Origin: an uncultured bacterium
GTDB taxonomy: Bacteria > Hydrogenedentota > CAZGCA01 > CBFDCQ01
Assembly (NCBI GenBank): GCA_965603355.1
Contig: CBFDCQ010000001.1
Location: forward strand, 42,350-106,349
DNA length: 64,000 bases
Direction of reading: 5' to 3'
The translations under genes and the position numbers were made by a program. The notes beneath the pieces were generated by a model. The model was not told the DNA's origin. It did no database searches and saw only the letters and a list, made by a program, of their open reading frames with translations. The first letter of the stretch is position 1. Every line of letters starts with the position of its first letter. Below, in pieces: positions 28,127 to 36,234 of this stretch.

Positions 28127-29278
28127 ATGGAGATTAGTGGTGCAACTGTCCTCGTCATTGACGACGAGGAATCGATGCGCGATTCCTGTTATCAGGCGCT
28201 GACGAAGGAGGGGTATCGTGTCGAGACGGCGGTGGACGCGGAGAGCGGCTTGCGCAAGGTGCGCGAGTTATCTCCCGACATCGTGCTCGTGGACCTCAAG
28301 ATGCCCCGCGTTGGTGGAACGGAAGTGTTGAAAGAGATAACCGCAATAGACCCGACGATCGTTGCAGTAGTGATCACGGGTTACGCAACGGTCGAATCGG
28401 CGGTCGAGGCCATGAAATGCGGCGCATACGATTTCCTTCCCAAACCTTTCACTCCGGACGAGCTCCGAATCGTCACGAAAAGAGGCCTGGAAAAGCGACG
28501 GCTGAGTGTCGAAATGGAGGCTCTTCGCAGGGAAAATGAGAGGATGAGAGAGAACTTCGTGACGGTTGTCACGCACGAAATGAGAGCGCCGCTGGTCGCG
28601 GTCGAACAGTACCTTGAAGTGATGCTGAAAGAGATGGCGGGCGATGTCACCGAGAAGCAGAAGGAGATACTCGAGCACAGTCGCAAACGAGTCGAGTGGC
28701 TGCTTACGCTGGTGAACGAATGGCTGAGCATGTCTCGCATCCAGCGGGGGAAAATAGTCGAGAGCCTCGAGACGGTAAAGATGCGGGAACTGCTCGAAGA
28801 ATCGGCCGCCCTGGTCAAGCCCCAAGCTGACGAGAAGGATATCAATATAGAGATCGAGGTGGCGAACGGAGCCGAGTCAATTGAAGGCGACATGGACGCT
28901 CTGAGCCACGTTTTCATGAATCTGGTGAGCAATGCGGTTAAGTACAACCACGAGGAAGGTTCTGTTTGCGTCAGAGCGATTGACAAGGACGATAGCATTG
29001 CCGTGGAGGTTGAGGACACGGGCGTGGGGATTCCCGAAGGTAGCTTGCCGTTCATTTTCGATGAGTTCTTCCGGGTAAAAACCGACGAAGGGCGGCGCGT
29101 GACGGGCACGGGTCTGGGATTAACGGTTGTCAAGAGGATTGTCGAGGCCCATCGCGGTCATGTGACCGTCAAGAGCGCTGTAGGACAAGGCACCACGTTT
29201 GTTGTGTTCTTACCGAAGAAGCAAACGATAGCGGAGCCGGGCATGGCAGAGAAGACCGGCAGCGTGAGTGAATCATAA
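28127..29278 (+). CDS. hybrid response-regulator/histidine kinase (REC, HisKA, HATPase_c) with no sensor or TM domain
   Basis: REC segment VLVIDDEESMRD...VLVDLKMPRVGG, a coiled coil, H-box VVTHEMRAPLVAVEQY, N-box NLVSNAVKYN, and G-boxes DTGVGI and GTGLGLTVV. Its stop overlaps the start of the next gene (TAATG). Confidence 0.85.
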   Translation: MEISGATVLVIDDEESMRDSCYQALTKEGYRVETAVDAESGLRKVRELSPDIVLVDLKMPRVGGTEVLKEITAIDPTIVAVVITGYATVESAVEAMKCGAYDFLPKPFTPDELRIVTKRGLEKRRLSVEMEALRRENERMRENFVTVVTHEMRAPLVAVEQYLEVMLKEMAGDVTEKQKEILEHSRKRVEWLLTLVNEWLSMSRIQRGKIVESLETVKMRELLEESAALVKPQADEKDINIEIEVANGAESIEGDMDALSHVFMNLVSNAVKYNHEEGSVCVRAIDKDDSIAVEVEDTGVGIPEGSLPFIFDEFFRVKTDEGRRVTGTGLGLTVVKRIVEAHRGHVTVKSAVGQGTTFVVFLPKKQTIAEPGMAEKTGSVSES

Positions 29279-30333
29279 TGAATACGCGGTTCATCTCTGA
29301 AGGCAATTTTGTCAGACTACTGGATCATCTGGCCGAACGCGGTCGAGTGTTCGTGGCGGAGCCGGTCGAGGACACCGGAAAGATAGCTTTTCGCGCCCGT
29401 CAAGAGGGTGAGGGTTTCGATTACACCGGTTTTCGCGCGACCCAGTCGCTCAAACCGTTCTTGTTTGTTGCGAGAGAGAAGGTGGCGGAATATCCCTGCG
29501 CGGCTGGGTCCGAGACGGTTCCTGCTGCGGAGCACGTGACCGTGGTAGGGGCGGCGGCGTGCGACCTTGCGGCGTTGAAGACCCTCGACGCAGTCTTCAT
29601 CTCTGAGGATTTTACGGACTGTTTCTATGCGGAGCGGAGGGCAAACACGCTGATCATCAGCATGGAGTGCACGGATCCACGCGACAGCTGTTTTTGCACG
29701 CTCATCGGCAATAAGCCGTATCCGGAAGCCGGATATGACCTGAACCTGGCGAAGGCCGGTGCCGGATATGTCGTCGAGGTGGGGTCCGAGAAGGGAGAAA
29801 GCCTCATCGGTGAACAGGCGTCTCTGTTTAAAGATGCCTCTAAGGAAACGCTCGCCGCGCGGGACAAGGCTCGCGAAGAGGCGGCGCGTCGAGTCGAGGA
29901 TATCAATCGCGGCGTTGAAGTGAGCAGGTCGCGACAAGAGATCCTGAAGCACGCTCCGGAAGATGAGGAATGGCACTCTCACGTGCAAACCTGCGTCGAG
30001 TGTGCAGCCTGCCTCTTCTGCTGTCCGACGTGTCACTGCTTCTTGCTTTACGACCAGAAGGGCGCGGAGAACTTCGAGCGGTTGAAGGTCTGGGACGCCT
30101 GTGTGTATGCAGGATACTCGCGCATGGCGGGTGGCGGGACGCCTAGAGCGTTTCTCGTGGAACGGTTCAGACACCGCTACGCGCACAAGTTCGACCAGAT
30201 TGTCGAGAGGCACGGTATTGAAGGTTGTTCGGGCTGCGGCAGGTGCATAGAAGCCTGTCCCGGCAACATTGACATGCGCAAAGTGTTCAAAGCCCTTGAC
30301 TCTGCGGCGTTAACCGAGAAGGTTGCGAGATGA
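29278..30333 (+). CDS. HydB/AsrA-like 4Fe-4S protein (sulfhydrogenase beta / anaerobic sulfite reductase A family)
   Basis: Cys clusters CVECAACLFCCPTCHCF and CSGCGRCIEACPG. The N-terminal 'ratio' domain and the 351 aa length fit HydB/AsrA-type subunits. Confidence 0.7.
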   Translation: MNTRFISEGNFVRLLDHLAERGRVFVAEPVEDTGKIAFRARQEGEGFDYTGFRATQSLKPFLFVAREKVAEYPCAAGSETVPAAEHVTVVGAAACDLAALKTLDAVFISEDFTDCFYAERRANTLIISMECTDPRDSCFCTLIGNKPYPEAGYDLNLAKAGAGYVVEVGSEKGESLIGEQASLFKDASKETLAARDKAREEAARRVEDINRGVEVSRSRQEILKHAPEDEEWHSHVQTCVECAACLFCCPTCHCFLLYDQKGAENFERLKVWDACVYAGYSRMAGGGTPRAFLVERFRHRYAHKFDQIVERHGIEGCSGCGRCIEACPGNIDMRKVFKALDSAALTEKVAR

Positions 30334-31145
30334 ACAATCTGTATTCCCCGATTCAGGCGCAAATCGAGGAAATCATAAAAGAGACGCCGACCAACAAGAC
30401 GTTCGTCATTCGGCCGGAAGCGCCGATACGTTTCAAGGCGGGCCAGTTCATGCAGCTCACGGTACCAGGCATGGGCGAGGCGCCGTTCACCCCCTCATCG
30501 TCGCCGGCCGTGACCGAGAAGATGGAGATCACCATACTCAAGACCGGCACGGTGACCGATGTGCTCCACACGATGCAAGCGGGAGATAACGTCGGATTGC
30601 GCGGCCCGTTCGGGAAAGGCTACCCGCTGGACAAGTTCGAGAACAAGGAGGTCCTGGTGGTCGGTGGCGGAGTGGGACTGGCCCCTCTGAGATCACTGAT
30701 TCTGGCTATGTTCGAGGATATGGGAAAGTATAAGCGGCTCTCGATAAAATATGGTGCGAAGACGCCGGAGGAGCTGCTTTTCAGGACGAGTTTCGACGAA
30801 TGGTCCAAGAAGCCGCAAACGGATCTTACCGTAACCATCGACGTTCCGGCGCCCGGATGGGAGGGCAAGGTAGGGCTCGTCACGAGCCTGCTGGACGATG
30901 TCGACGTGGACAAGCCCAACAGCTATGTCGTCTCCTGCGGGCCGGGCATCATGCTGCGGTTCGTGACGTATAAGCTTCTCGAAATCGGATTCGAGCCGGA
31001 ACAGATATACTTGTCGATGAACAGGAAAATGAGCTGCGGTGTCGGCAAGTGCGGCAGATGCGAGGTCGGACCGTACTATCTATGCAAAGACGGTCCGGAT
31101 ATGAACTACGCGAAGATTAAGGACGTGCCAAACGTTTTCAGTTGA
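30330..31145 (+). CDS. HydG/AsrB/PyrK-like FAD/NAD(P)H-binding oxidoreductase with a C-terminal [2Fe-2S] site
   Basis: FAD-binding barrel (RFKAGQFMQLTVPGMGEAPFTPSS), nucleotide-binding GGGVGLAPL, and a C-terminal C..CGVGKCGRCEV cluster motif. 4-nt overlap with the upstream gene. Confidence 0.8.
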   Translation: MNNLYSPIQAQIEEIIKETPTNKTFVIRPEAPIRFKAGQFMQLTVPGMGEAPFTPSSSPAVTEKMEITILKTGTVTDVLHTMQAGDNVGLRGPFGKGYPLDKFENKEVLVVGGGVGLAPLRSLILAMFEDMGKYKRLSIKYGAKTPEELLFRTSFDEWSKKPQTDLTVTIDVPAPGWEGKVGLVTSLLDDVDVDKPNSYVVSCGPGIMLRFVTYKLLEIGFEPEQIYLSMNRKMSCGVGKCGRCEVGPYYLCKDGPDMNYAKIKDVPNVFS

Positions 31146-31169
31146 GGGAACCTCGAACAGGTAGTTGAG

Positions 31170-32588
31170 ATGGTTGAGTCAAGAAAAAACATTTGCCTTC
31201 TCTGCTCGCTCGGTTGCGGCCTGATAGTTGATCTGGAATGCGACGAGCCGGTCAACCTCGAGTATGACACGGAAAATGGCGTGAACCGAGGCAAACTGTG
31301 CGCGAAAGGTAATTACATTCTGGAGCTGCTGAACGACCCCTTGCGTCTTGATGTGCCCAAGAAAGACGGCAAACCGATCAGGTGGGAACAGGCGGCAGAT
31401 GAGGTGGCGGATGCCCTGCGTGCCGTTCAGGGCGGCAAGACTGCGGCCGTCGTGCTCTCCGGTGATGCGTCGTGCGAGGACGTCGGGTTGGCCTTTGCGT
31501 TTGCAGCCGATTGCACCGGAGCCGGCAAAGCTGCGATAAGTCTCCCCACCGGCGACGATAAGGTGGTGTCAGCACTCGCGGAAACGTCCGGCGGCGTTGC
31601 GCAGGCCACTCTGGACGATGTCGAGAACTCCGTGTGCACGATCGCCGTGGGGGATCCGTTTGCCAGATGTCCCGTTATAGCCGGGAGAGTTCTTGCCGCG
31701 CGAAATGCGGCCCGCGAGAACTCTCTCAACGTGGTCTCTCGAGAGAGCAACATGACGTCGCGGTTCGCTGCGACCCACCTCCTTGGACCCGAGCGAGATA
31801 GCATGCTGGATCTTGTTGCCGCAGTGGTGGAGGCGCGGGGCGGCGCGAAGGAAAAGTGGTTGAATCAACTGGTCAAGGGCGTGGATGCCGGTTCGGACGC
31901 GCAGAAATTGGCGAAGAGCTTCGTTGAGTCCGAGCGGGCGGTAGTGGTGTTGTCCACGGACGATCCGGTGGTCGCACAACTGGCGAACGCTCTCGTCAAG
32001 GCTGCCGGCGACACGAAGGGACTTTTCGCGCTGCACGATTACGGTAACGCGCGCAGTATTGCGGAGATTTCATCCGGTGACGTTTCGGCCGAGGACGTGA
32101 TCAAGTCTGCGGCCCGTGGGGAGATAGAGGTTCTGCTCGTACTGGGGGCAGATCTCGTGTCGTCATATCCGAACCTGGATGTGAACGGAGCGCTGTCTGA
32201 AGTGCAACTGCTTGTTGCGGGAGCACCGTTTCCGAACAAGACGACATCTCTGGCCGGCATGGTTCTGCCGACTGCGCTGTGGATCGAGCAGGATGGCACG
32301 TTCAATGGTGCTCAATGCCAGCGGGTCGTCGCCCCACCTGGAGGTGCAATGTCGTATGGCGACATACTGAAGGCCGTCGCCAAAGCGACGGGCGTTGAGT
32401 TGCGTGCACACGAAGCGCCAGAAGCGCTCGCGGAAGCGGCCCTTGACGAGGGCAAGGCGGCGGCAATTGCTAAAGCGGCTCGCGAGGAGGCAGTGACATC
32501 ACCCGTCGTGTCGACGGCAACGTGTTTTGCGGACGGTTCCCTAACGGACAGAGTGAGTTGGGTTAAGATGGTAGAAAGAGTTCCGTGA
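31170..32588 (+). CDS. FdhA/NuoG-like molybdopterin-oxidoreductase-family protein, short form (472 aa)
   Basis: N-terminal 4Fe-4S motif CLLCSLGCGL...C-x3-C (CAKGNY) typical of the MopB Fe4S4 domain, then the start of a MopB-like domain (PIRWEQAADEVADAL). About 250 aa shorter than catalytic FdhH/FdhA. Confidence 0.6.
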   Translation: MVESRKNICLLCSLGCGLIVDLECDEPVNLEYDTENGVNRGKLCAKGNYILELLNDPLRLDVPKKDGKPIRWEQAADEVADALRAVQGGKTAAVVLSGDASCEDVGLAFAFAADCTGAGKAAISLPTGDDKVVSALAETSGGVAQATLDDVENSVCTIAVGDPFARCPVIAGRVLAARNAARENSLNVVSRESNMTSRFAATHLLGPERDSMLDLVAAVVEARGGAKEKWLNQLVKGVDAGSDAQKLAKSFVESERAVVVLSTDDPVVAQLANALVKAAGDTKGLFALHDYGNARSIAEISSGDVSAEDVIKSAARGEIEVLLVLGADLVSSYPNLDVNGALSEVQLLVAGAPFPNKTTSLAGMVLPTALWIEQDGTFNGAQCQRVVAPPGGAMSYGDILKAVAKATGVELRAHEAPEALAEAALDEGKAAAIAKAAREEAVTSPVVSTATCFADGSLTDRVSWVKMVERVP

Positions 32589-33077
32589 ATGAAGAAGCTG
32601 TTTGTAGATCTCGATCTCTGCATAGGATGTCAAGCACATAGCGTCGCCTGCAGTCGCGTAAACCACGACATCCTGACGATGCAGAGCGGCGAGATACCGG
32701 AGGAAGGCACGCTGCCTGTCGTGTGCAGACACTGCGAGACCGCCGCGTGCGTCGCTGCTTGTCCGAACGAGTCGATGAAGAAGCACGAGGACGGCATCGT
32801 TAGGAGAAACATGGCGACATGCACCGGCTGCATGAGCTGTACGCTGGCGTGCCCGTTCGGGACGCTGACTCGCGGCATGAGACTGGCCCGGCACTCGTCG
32901 AGCAAGTGCGACCTGTGCGCGCCGAGGGTAGAACGCGGGCTTGAACCCGCCTGCGTTGCGACGTGTCCCACAAGCGCGCTACAGTTTAGAGAGGTTGAAG
33001 AGGTCTACGAGGCGAAAGACGTTCTCGTGGTGGGAGCACATACAATCGGACATAGCCCGTACATAAGGAGAGCCTAG
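32589..33077 (+). CDS. HycB-like poly-ferredoxin (4x [4Fe-4S])
   Basis: CIGCQAHSVAC, CRHCETAACVAACP, CTGCMSCTLACP and CDLCAPR...CVATCP. Size and cysteine spacing match HycB/HyfA. The ATG overlaps the previous stop. Confidence 0.8.
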   Translation: MKKLFVDLDLCIGCQAHSVACSRVNHDILTMQSGEIPEEGTLPVVCRHCETAACVAACPNESMKKHEDGIVRRNMATCTGCMSCTLACPFGTLTRGMRLARHSSSKCDLCAPRVERGLEPACVATCPTSALQFREVEEVYEAKDVLVVGAHTIGHSPYIRRA

Positions 33078-33096
33078 CGGGAGAAGCCCGCGTGAA

Positions 33097-34035
33097 TTGG
33101 TGAGGATGATGAGTGCATTTGGCGTACCATATTTCCTGGCTGTGTTCGCCGTAACGGCTGTTGTAGGACTGGTGACGAGCTGGGTGGACAGAAAAGTCAC
33201 CGCGCGGGTGCAAGCGCGGGTTGGTCCGCCGTGGTTCCAACCGTTTGCGGATTTCGTGAAGCTGCTAGGCAAAGAGACGCTCGTGCCCGAAGGCAGCCGT
33301 CAGAAAGGCTTCCTCGTCGCGCCGCTGTTGGCACTCGTTGGCGTGTCGCTTGGCGCGGCGGCGCTCGTGTCAGGAGGTGTACTTGGCAAGGAAGGCTTTA
33401 TCGGAGACATAGTAGTTGTGCTGTACCTGCTCACGATACCGTCAGCGGCGCTGATACTCGGCGCGGCCTCGACCGGCAACCCTATGGCGTCTGTCGGGGC
33501 GAGTCGCGAGATGAAGCTCATACTCGCGTACGAGCTGCCGTTCCTTATCGTAGTGCTTACGGCCGTGTACAAAGCGCAGGCCGGTTTCATGATCGACAAG
33601 ATCGTGGACTACCAGGCTCAGAACGGCGCGTTCATATGGAGCATTTCGGGAGTCATCGGGTTCATCGTTGCGATACTGTGCATTCAGGGCAAGCTGGGGT
33701 TGGTGCCGTTTGACGCGCCGGAGGCTGAGCAGGAGTTGATGGGCGGTGTTCTTACAGAGTACTCCGGCGTCCCGCTGGCGCTGTTCAAGCTCAGCAAAGC
33801 GATGATGCTGAGCGTTCTGACAGTCTTTCTGGCGGTCATATTCTTTGGCGGAATGCAATTCAAGGGCATCGATATCCTGTGGAGTATCTTGAAGTATCTC
33901 GTGCCGGTAGTGCTGGTGGTCTTGATCAGAAACACGAACCCGAGGTTGAGGATTGACCAGATAATGAAGCTGTTCTGGGGTCCGCTTACGGTGCTGGCCC
34001 TGATCGCTCTGTTGCTGGCAAGGTTCAACCTCTGA
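33097..34035 (+). CDS. membrane subunit NuoH/HycD/MbhM-like
   Basis: Polytopic membrane protein, 312 aa, with a conserved NuoH-like segment (GLVPFDAPEAEQELMGGVLTEYSG). Confidence 0.85.
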   Translation: MVRMMSAFGVPYFLAVFAVTAVVGLVTSWVDRKVTARVQARVGPPWFQPFADFVKLLGKETLVPEGSRQKGFLVAPLLALVGVSLGAAALVSGGVLGKEGFIGDIVVVLYLLTIPSAALILGAASTGNPMASVGASREMKLILAYELPFLIVVLTAVYKAQAGFMIDKIVDYQAQNGAFIWSISGVIGFIVAILCIQGKLGLVPFDAPEAEQELMGGVLTEYSGVPLALFKLSKAMMLSVLTVFLAVIFFGGMQFKGIDILWSILKYLVPVVLVVLIRNTNPRLRIDQIMKLFWGPLTVLALIALLLARFNL

Positions 34036-34055
34036 TCTTTATGGAGTGAAGCGTT

Positions 34056-34487
34056 ATGAGCGTTAAGATGTGGGGACTGAAGAAGTCGCCCTGGGTGTAC
34101 CACGTAGCGCTGTCACCCTGCAATAACTGCGACATAGAGATACTCGACCTGCTGACTCCGAGATTCGATGTGGAACGTTTTGGAATAAAGCTCGTGGGCA
34201 GTCCCAGACACGCTGACGCCCTGCTTGTTACCGGATCCGTAAACCGGCACGTTCTCCCCAGGTTTGTCGAGCTATACAAGCAGACGGCGAAACCGTGCGT
34301 GGTGTTCGCGATAGGCTCCTGCGGTCTGTCATCGACTATGTTCAGAGATAACTACAACATCGTCGGCCCCATTGACAAGGTCGTGAGACAGATCGATCCT
34401 AACGCCATCATCGCGTACGTGCCGGGATGTCCGCCAAAACCGGAGGCGATGATCTCCGGAGTGGTCAAGGCGCTGAGCGTGTTATAG
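34056..34487 (+). CDS. [NiFe]-hydrogenase small subunit, NuoB-like (HycG/MbhJ/EchC-type)
   Basis: SPCNNCDIE (compare HycG SCNGCEIE), GSCG and GCPPKPE provide the four Cys of the proximal [4Fe-4S]. Confidence 0.85.
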   Translation: MSVKMWGLKKSPWVYHVALSPCNNCDIEILDLLTPRFDVERFGIKLVGSPRHADALLVTGSVNRHVLPRFVELYKQTAKPCVVFAIGSCGLSSTMFRDNYNIVGPIDKVVRQIDPNAIIAYVPGCPPKPEAMISGVVKALSVL

Positions 34488-34499
34488 GAGAGGTGAAGT

Positions 34500-34955
34500 A
34501 TGAGTGGTAGCGTCGCGCTGACAGCGGTCAAAGAGAGCATGCCGGCAAAGATTTTGGAAATCGTGGAGAGATCTCCCGCGCGCGCATACGTATACATTGC
34601 GCCGGAGGAGATAGTCGCAGCGTCGCGGTTCATGTTCGAGGAGTGCGGTGTGCGGCTCGCCACGGTGTCCGGTGTAGACACGAGGAGCGGCATCGAGCTG
34701 GTTTACCATTGGATGAGCGCGAAGGACCATCAGTTCATCATGATCAAGACAAAAGTCAAGAAACCGTTCCCGGAAATAGACTCGGTCGGCTCGTTTCTGC
34801 CGGCGGCGGTTTGGATTGAGAGGGAAATCCACGACATTCTGGGTGTGGTTTTCAGAGGGCACCCTGATTTCAGGAAACTCATTCTTTCAGATGATTGGCC
34901 TGAGGGAATCCACCCCTATAAGCGCGGCGTGAGATTCGGGGAGTTTAAGGCATGA
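34500..34955 (+). CDS. NuoC-like subunit (MbhK/EchD-type)
   Basis: 151 aa NuoC/30-kDa-subunit fold (LVYHWMSAKDH...WIEREIHDILGVVFRGHPD). Overlaps the large-subunit gene by 4 nt. Confidence 0.8.
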   Translation: MSGSVALTAVKESMPAKILEIVERSPARAYVYIAPEEIVAASRFMFEECGVRLATVSGVDTRSGIELVYHWMSAKDHQFIMIKTKVKKPFPEIDSVGSFLPAAVWIEREIHDILGVVFRGHPDFRKLILSDDWPEGIHPYKRGVRFGEFKA

Positions 34956-36184
34956 AAAGGACGATAGTACCGCTCGGCCCGTTTCACCCTCTGCTGGAGG
35001 AGGCGGAGCATTTTCAGCTTTACGTCGAGGGTGAAACTGTCGTTGACATAGACATGCGCATCGGCTACATGCACCGTGGAATTGAGAAGATGAGCCAGTA
35101 CAAGACGTTCGACCAAGTACCTTTCACCGTCGAGCGCATCTGCGGCATCTGCTCCACCTCCCACCCGATAGCCTATGTGAACGCCGTGGAGGACCTCGCG
35201 GGAATAGAGATCCCAGAGAGAGCGAAGTATATCAGGAACATCGTCGCCGAGCTTGAACGGTTGCATAGTCACATGTTATGGGTGGGACTCGCCGGTCACT
35301 TCATCGGGTACGATACGGTGTTCATGTGGGCCTGGAAATATCGGGAGCCGATTCTCGACATCTTCGAGCTAATAAGCGGCAATCGCAACCATTATGCTAT
35401 GATGAAGCCCGGCGGTGTCAGACGCGACATCAAGGAGGAGGATTTCCCTGCGATAATCTCGATGCTCGACACGCTGGCTAAGGGCAATGAGCTTTTCACC
35501 GGCGCGGTCGTGGATGACCCGGTAATTCACGCGAGGACAAAAGGCGTCGGAATCCTGAGTAAGGAGGATGCGATTTCCTACGGTACTGTCGGGCCCACTG
35601 TGCGAGGTTCGGACATATCTGATGATATTCGGACGGATGACCCGTACGCGGGTTACGACCTGGTCGATTGGGACGTGATCACGTACGAGGGAGGAGACGT
35701 GTTCGCCAAAGCGGCAGTAAGGTTGCTGGAGAACTTCGAGTCGATCAAGATCATAAGGCAAAGCCTCGAGAAGATGCCGCCCGGACCGATTGAGACGGAA
35801 GTCAGGGAAATACCGCCCGGCGAGGGCGTCGGTCACGCGGAAGCGCCGCGCGGCGAGGTGTTCCATTATGTGCGCAGCGACGGGTCGGCCTGTCCCGTGC
35901 GACACAAGATTCGCGCGCCAAGCTTCGTGAACATACCGTCGTTCAAAGCTACCTGCATCGGCGAGACTATAGCCGATGTCGCTCTTATCACGGCTTCGGT
36001 TGACCCGTGCTATTGCTGCACCGAACGGATGGCGGTGGTTGACCGACAAACTGAGGACGTTCTCATGTCCGGCGAAGAGTTGGTGCGCATGAGCCGGGAG
36101 AAGACCAAAGAGATCAAGGAGGGGCTTGGGCAGGAAACGCCCATTGACAAGCTTGCCCGTAAACTGCAGAGAGGAGAGTTGTAG
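34952..36184 (+). CDS. [NiFe]-hydrogenase large subunit, group 4 (NuoD-like; MbhL/EchE/HycE-type)
   Basis: N-terminal Ni-Fe ligand motif RICGICSTSH and C-terminal DPCYCCTER (DPCxxCxxR), both intact. 410 aa. Confidence 0.9.
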   Translation: MKRTIVPLGPFHPLLEEAEHFQLYVEGETVVDIDMRIGYMHRGIEKMSQYKTFDQVPFTVERICGICSTSHPIAYVNAVEDLAGIEIPERAKYIRNIVAELERLHSHMLWVGLAGHFIGYDTVFMWAWKYREPILDIFELISGNRNHYAMMKPGGVRRDIKEEDFPAIISMLDTLAKGNELFTGAVVDDPVIHARTKGVGILSKEDAISYGTVGPTVRGSDISDDIRTDDPYAGYDLVDWDVITYEGGDVFAKAAVRLLENFESIKIIRQSLEKMPPGPIETEVREIPPGEGVGHAEAPRGEVFHYVRSDGSACPVRHKIRAPSFVNIPSFKATCIGETIADVALITASVDPCYCCTERMAVVDRQTEDVLMSGEELVRMSREKTKEIKEGLGQETPIDKLARKLQRGEL

Positions 36185-36234
36185 GGGCGGTCGCCTCTGG
36201 CGACCTGCGCCCTCGCGAGGGTGGAACAAATAGA

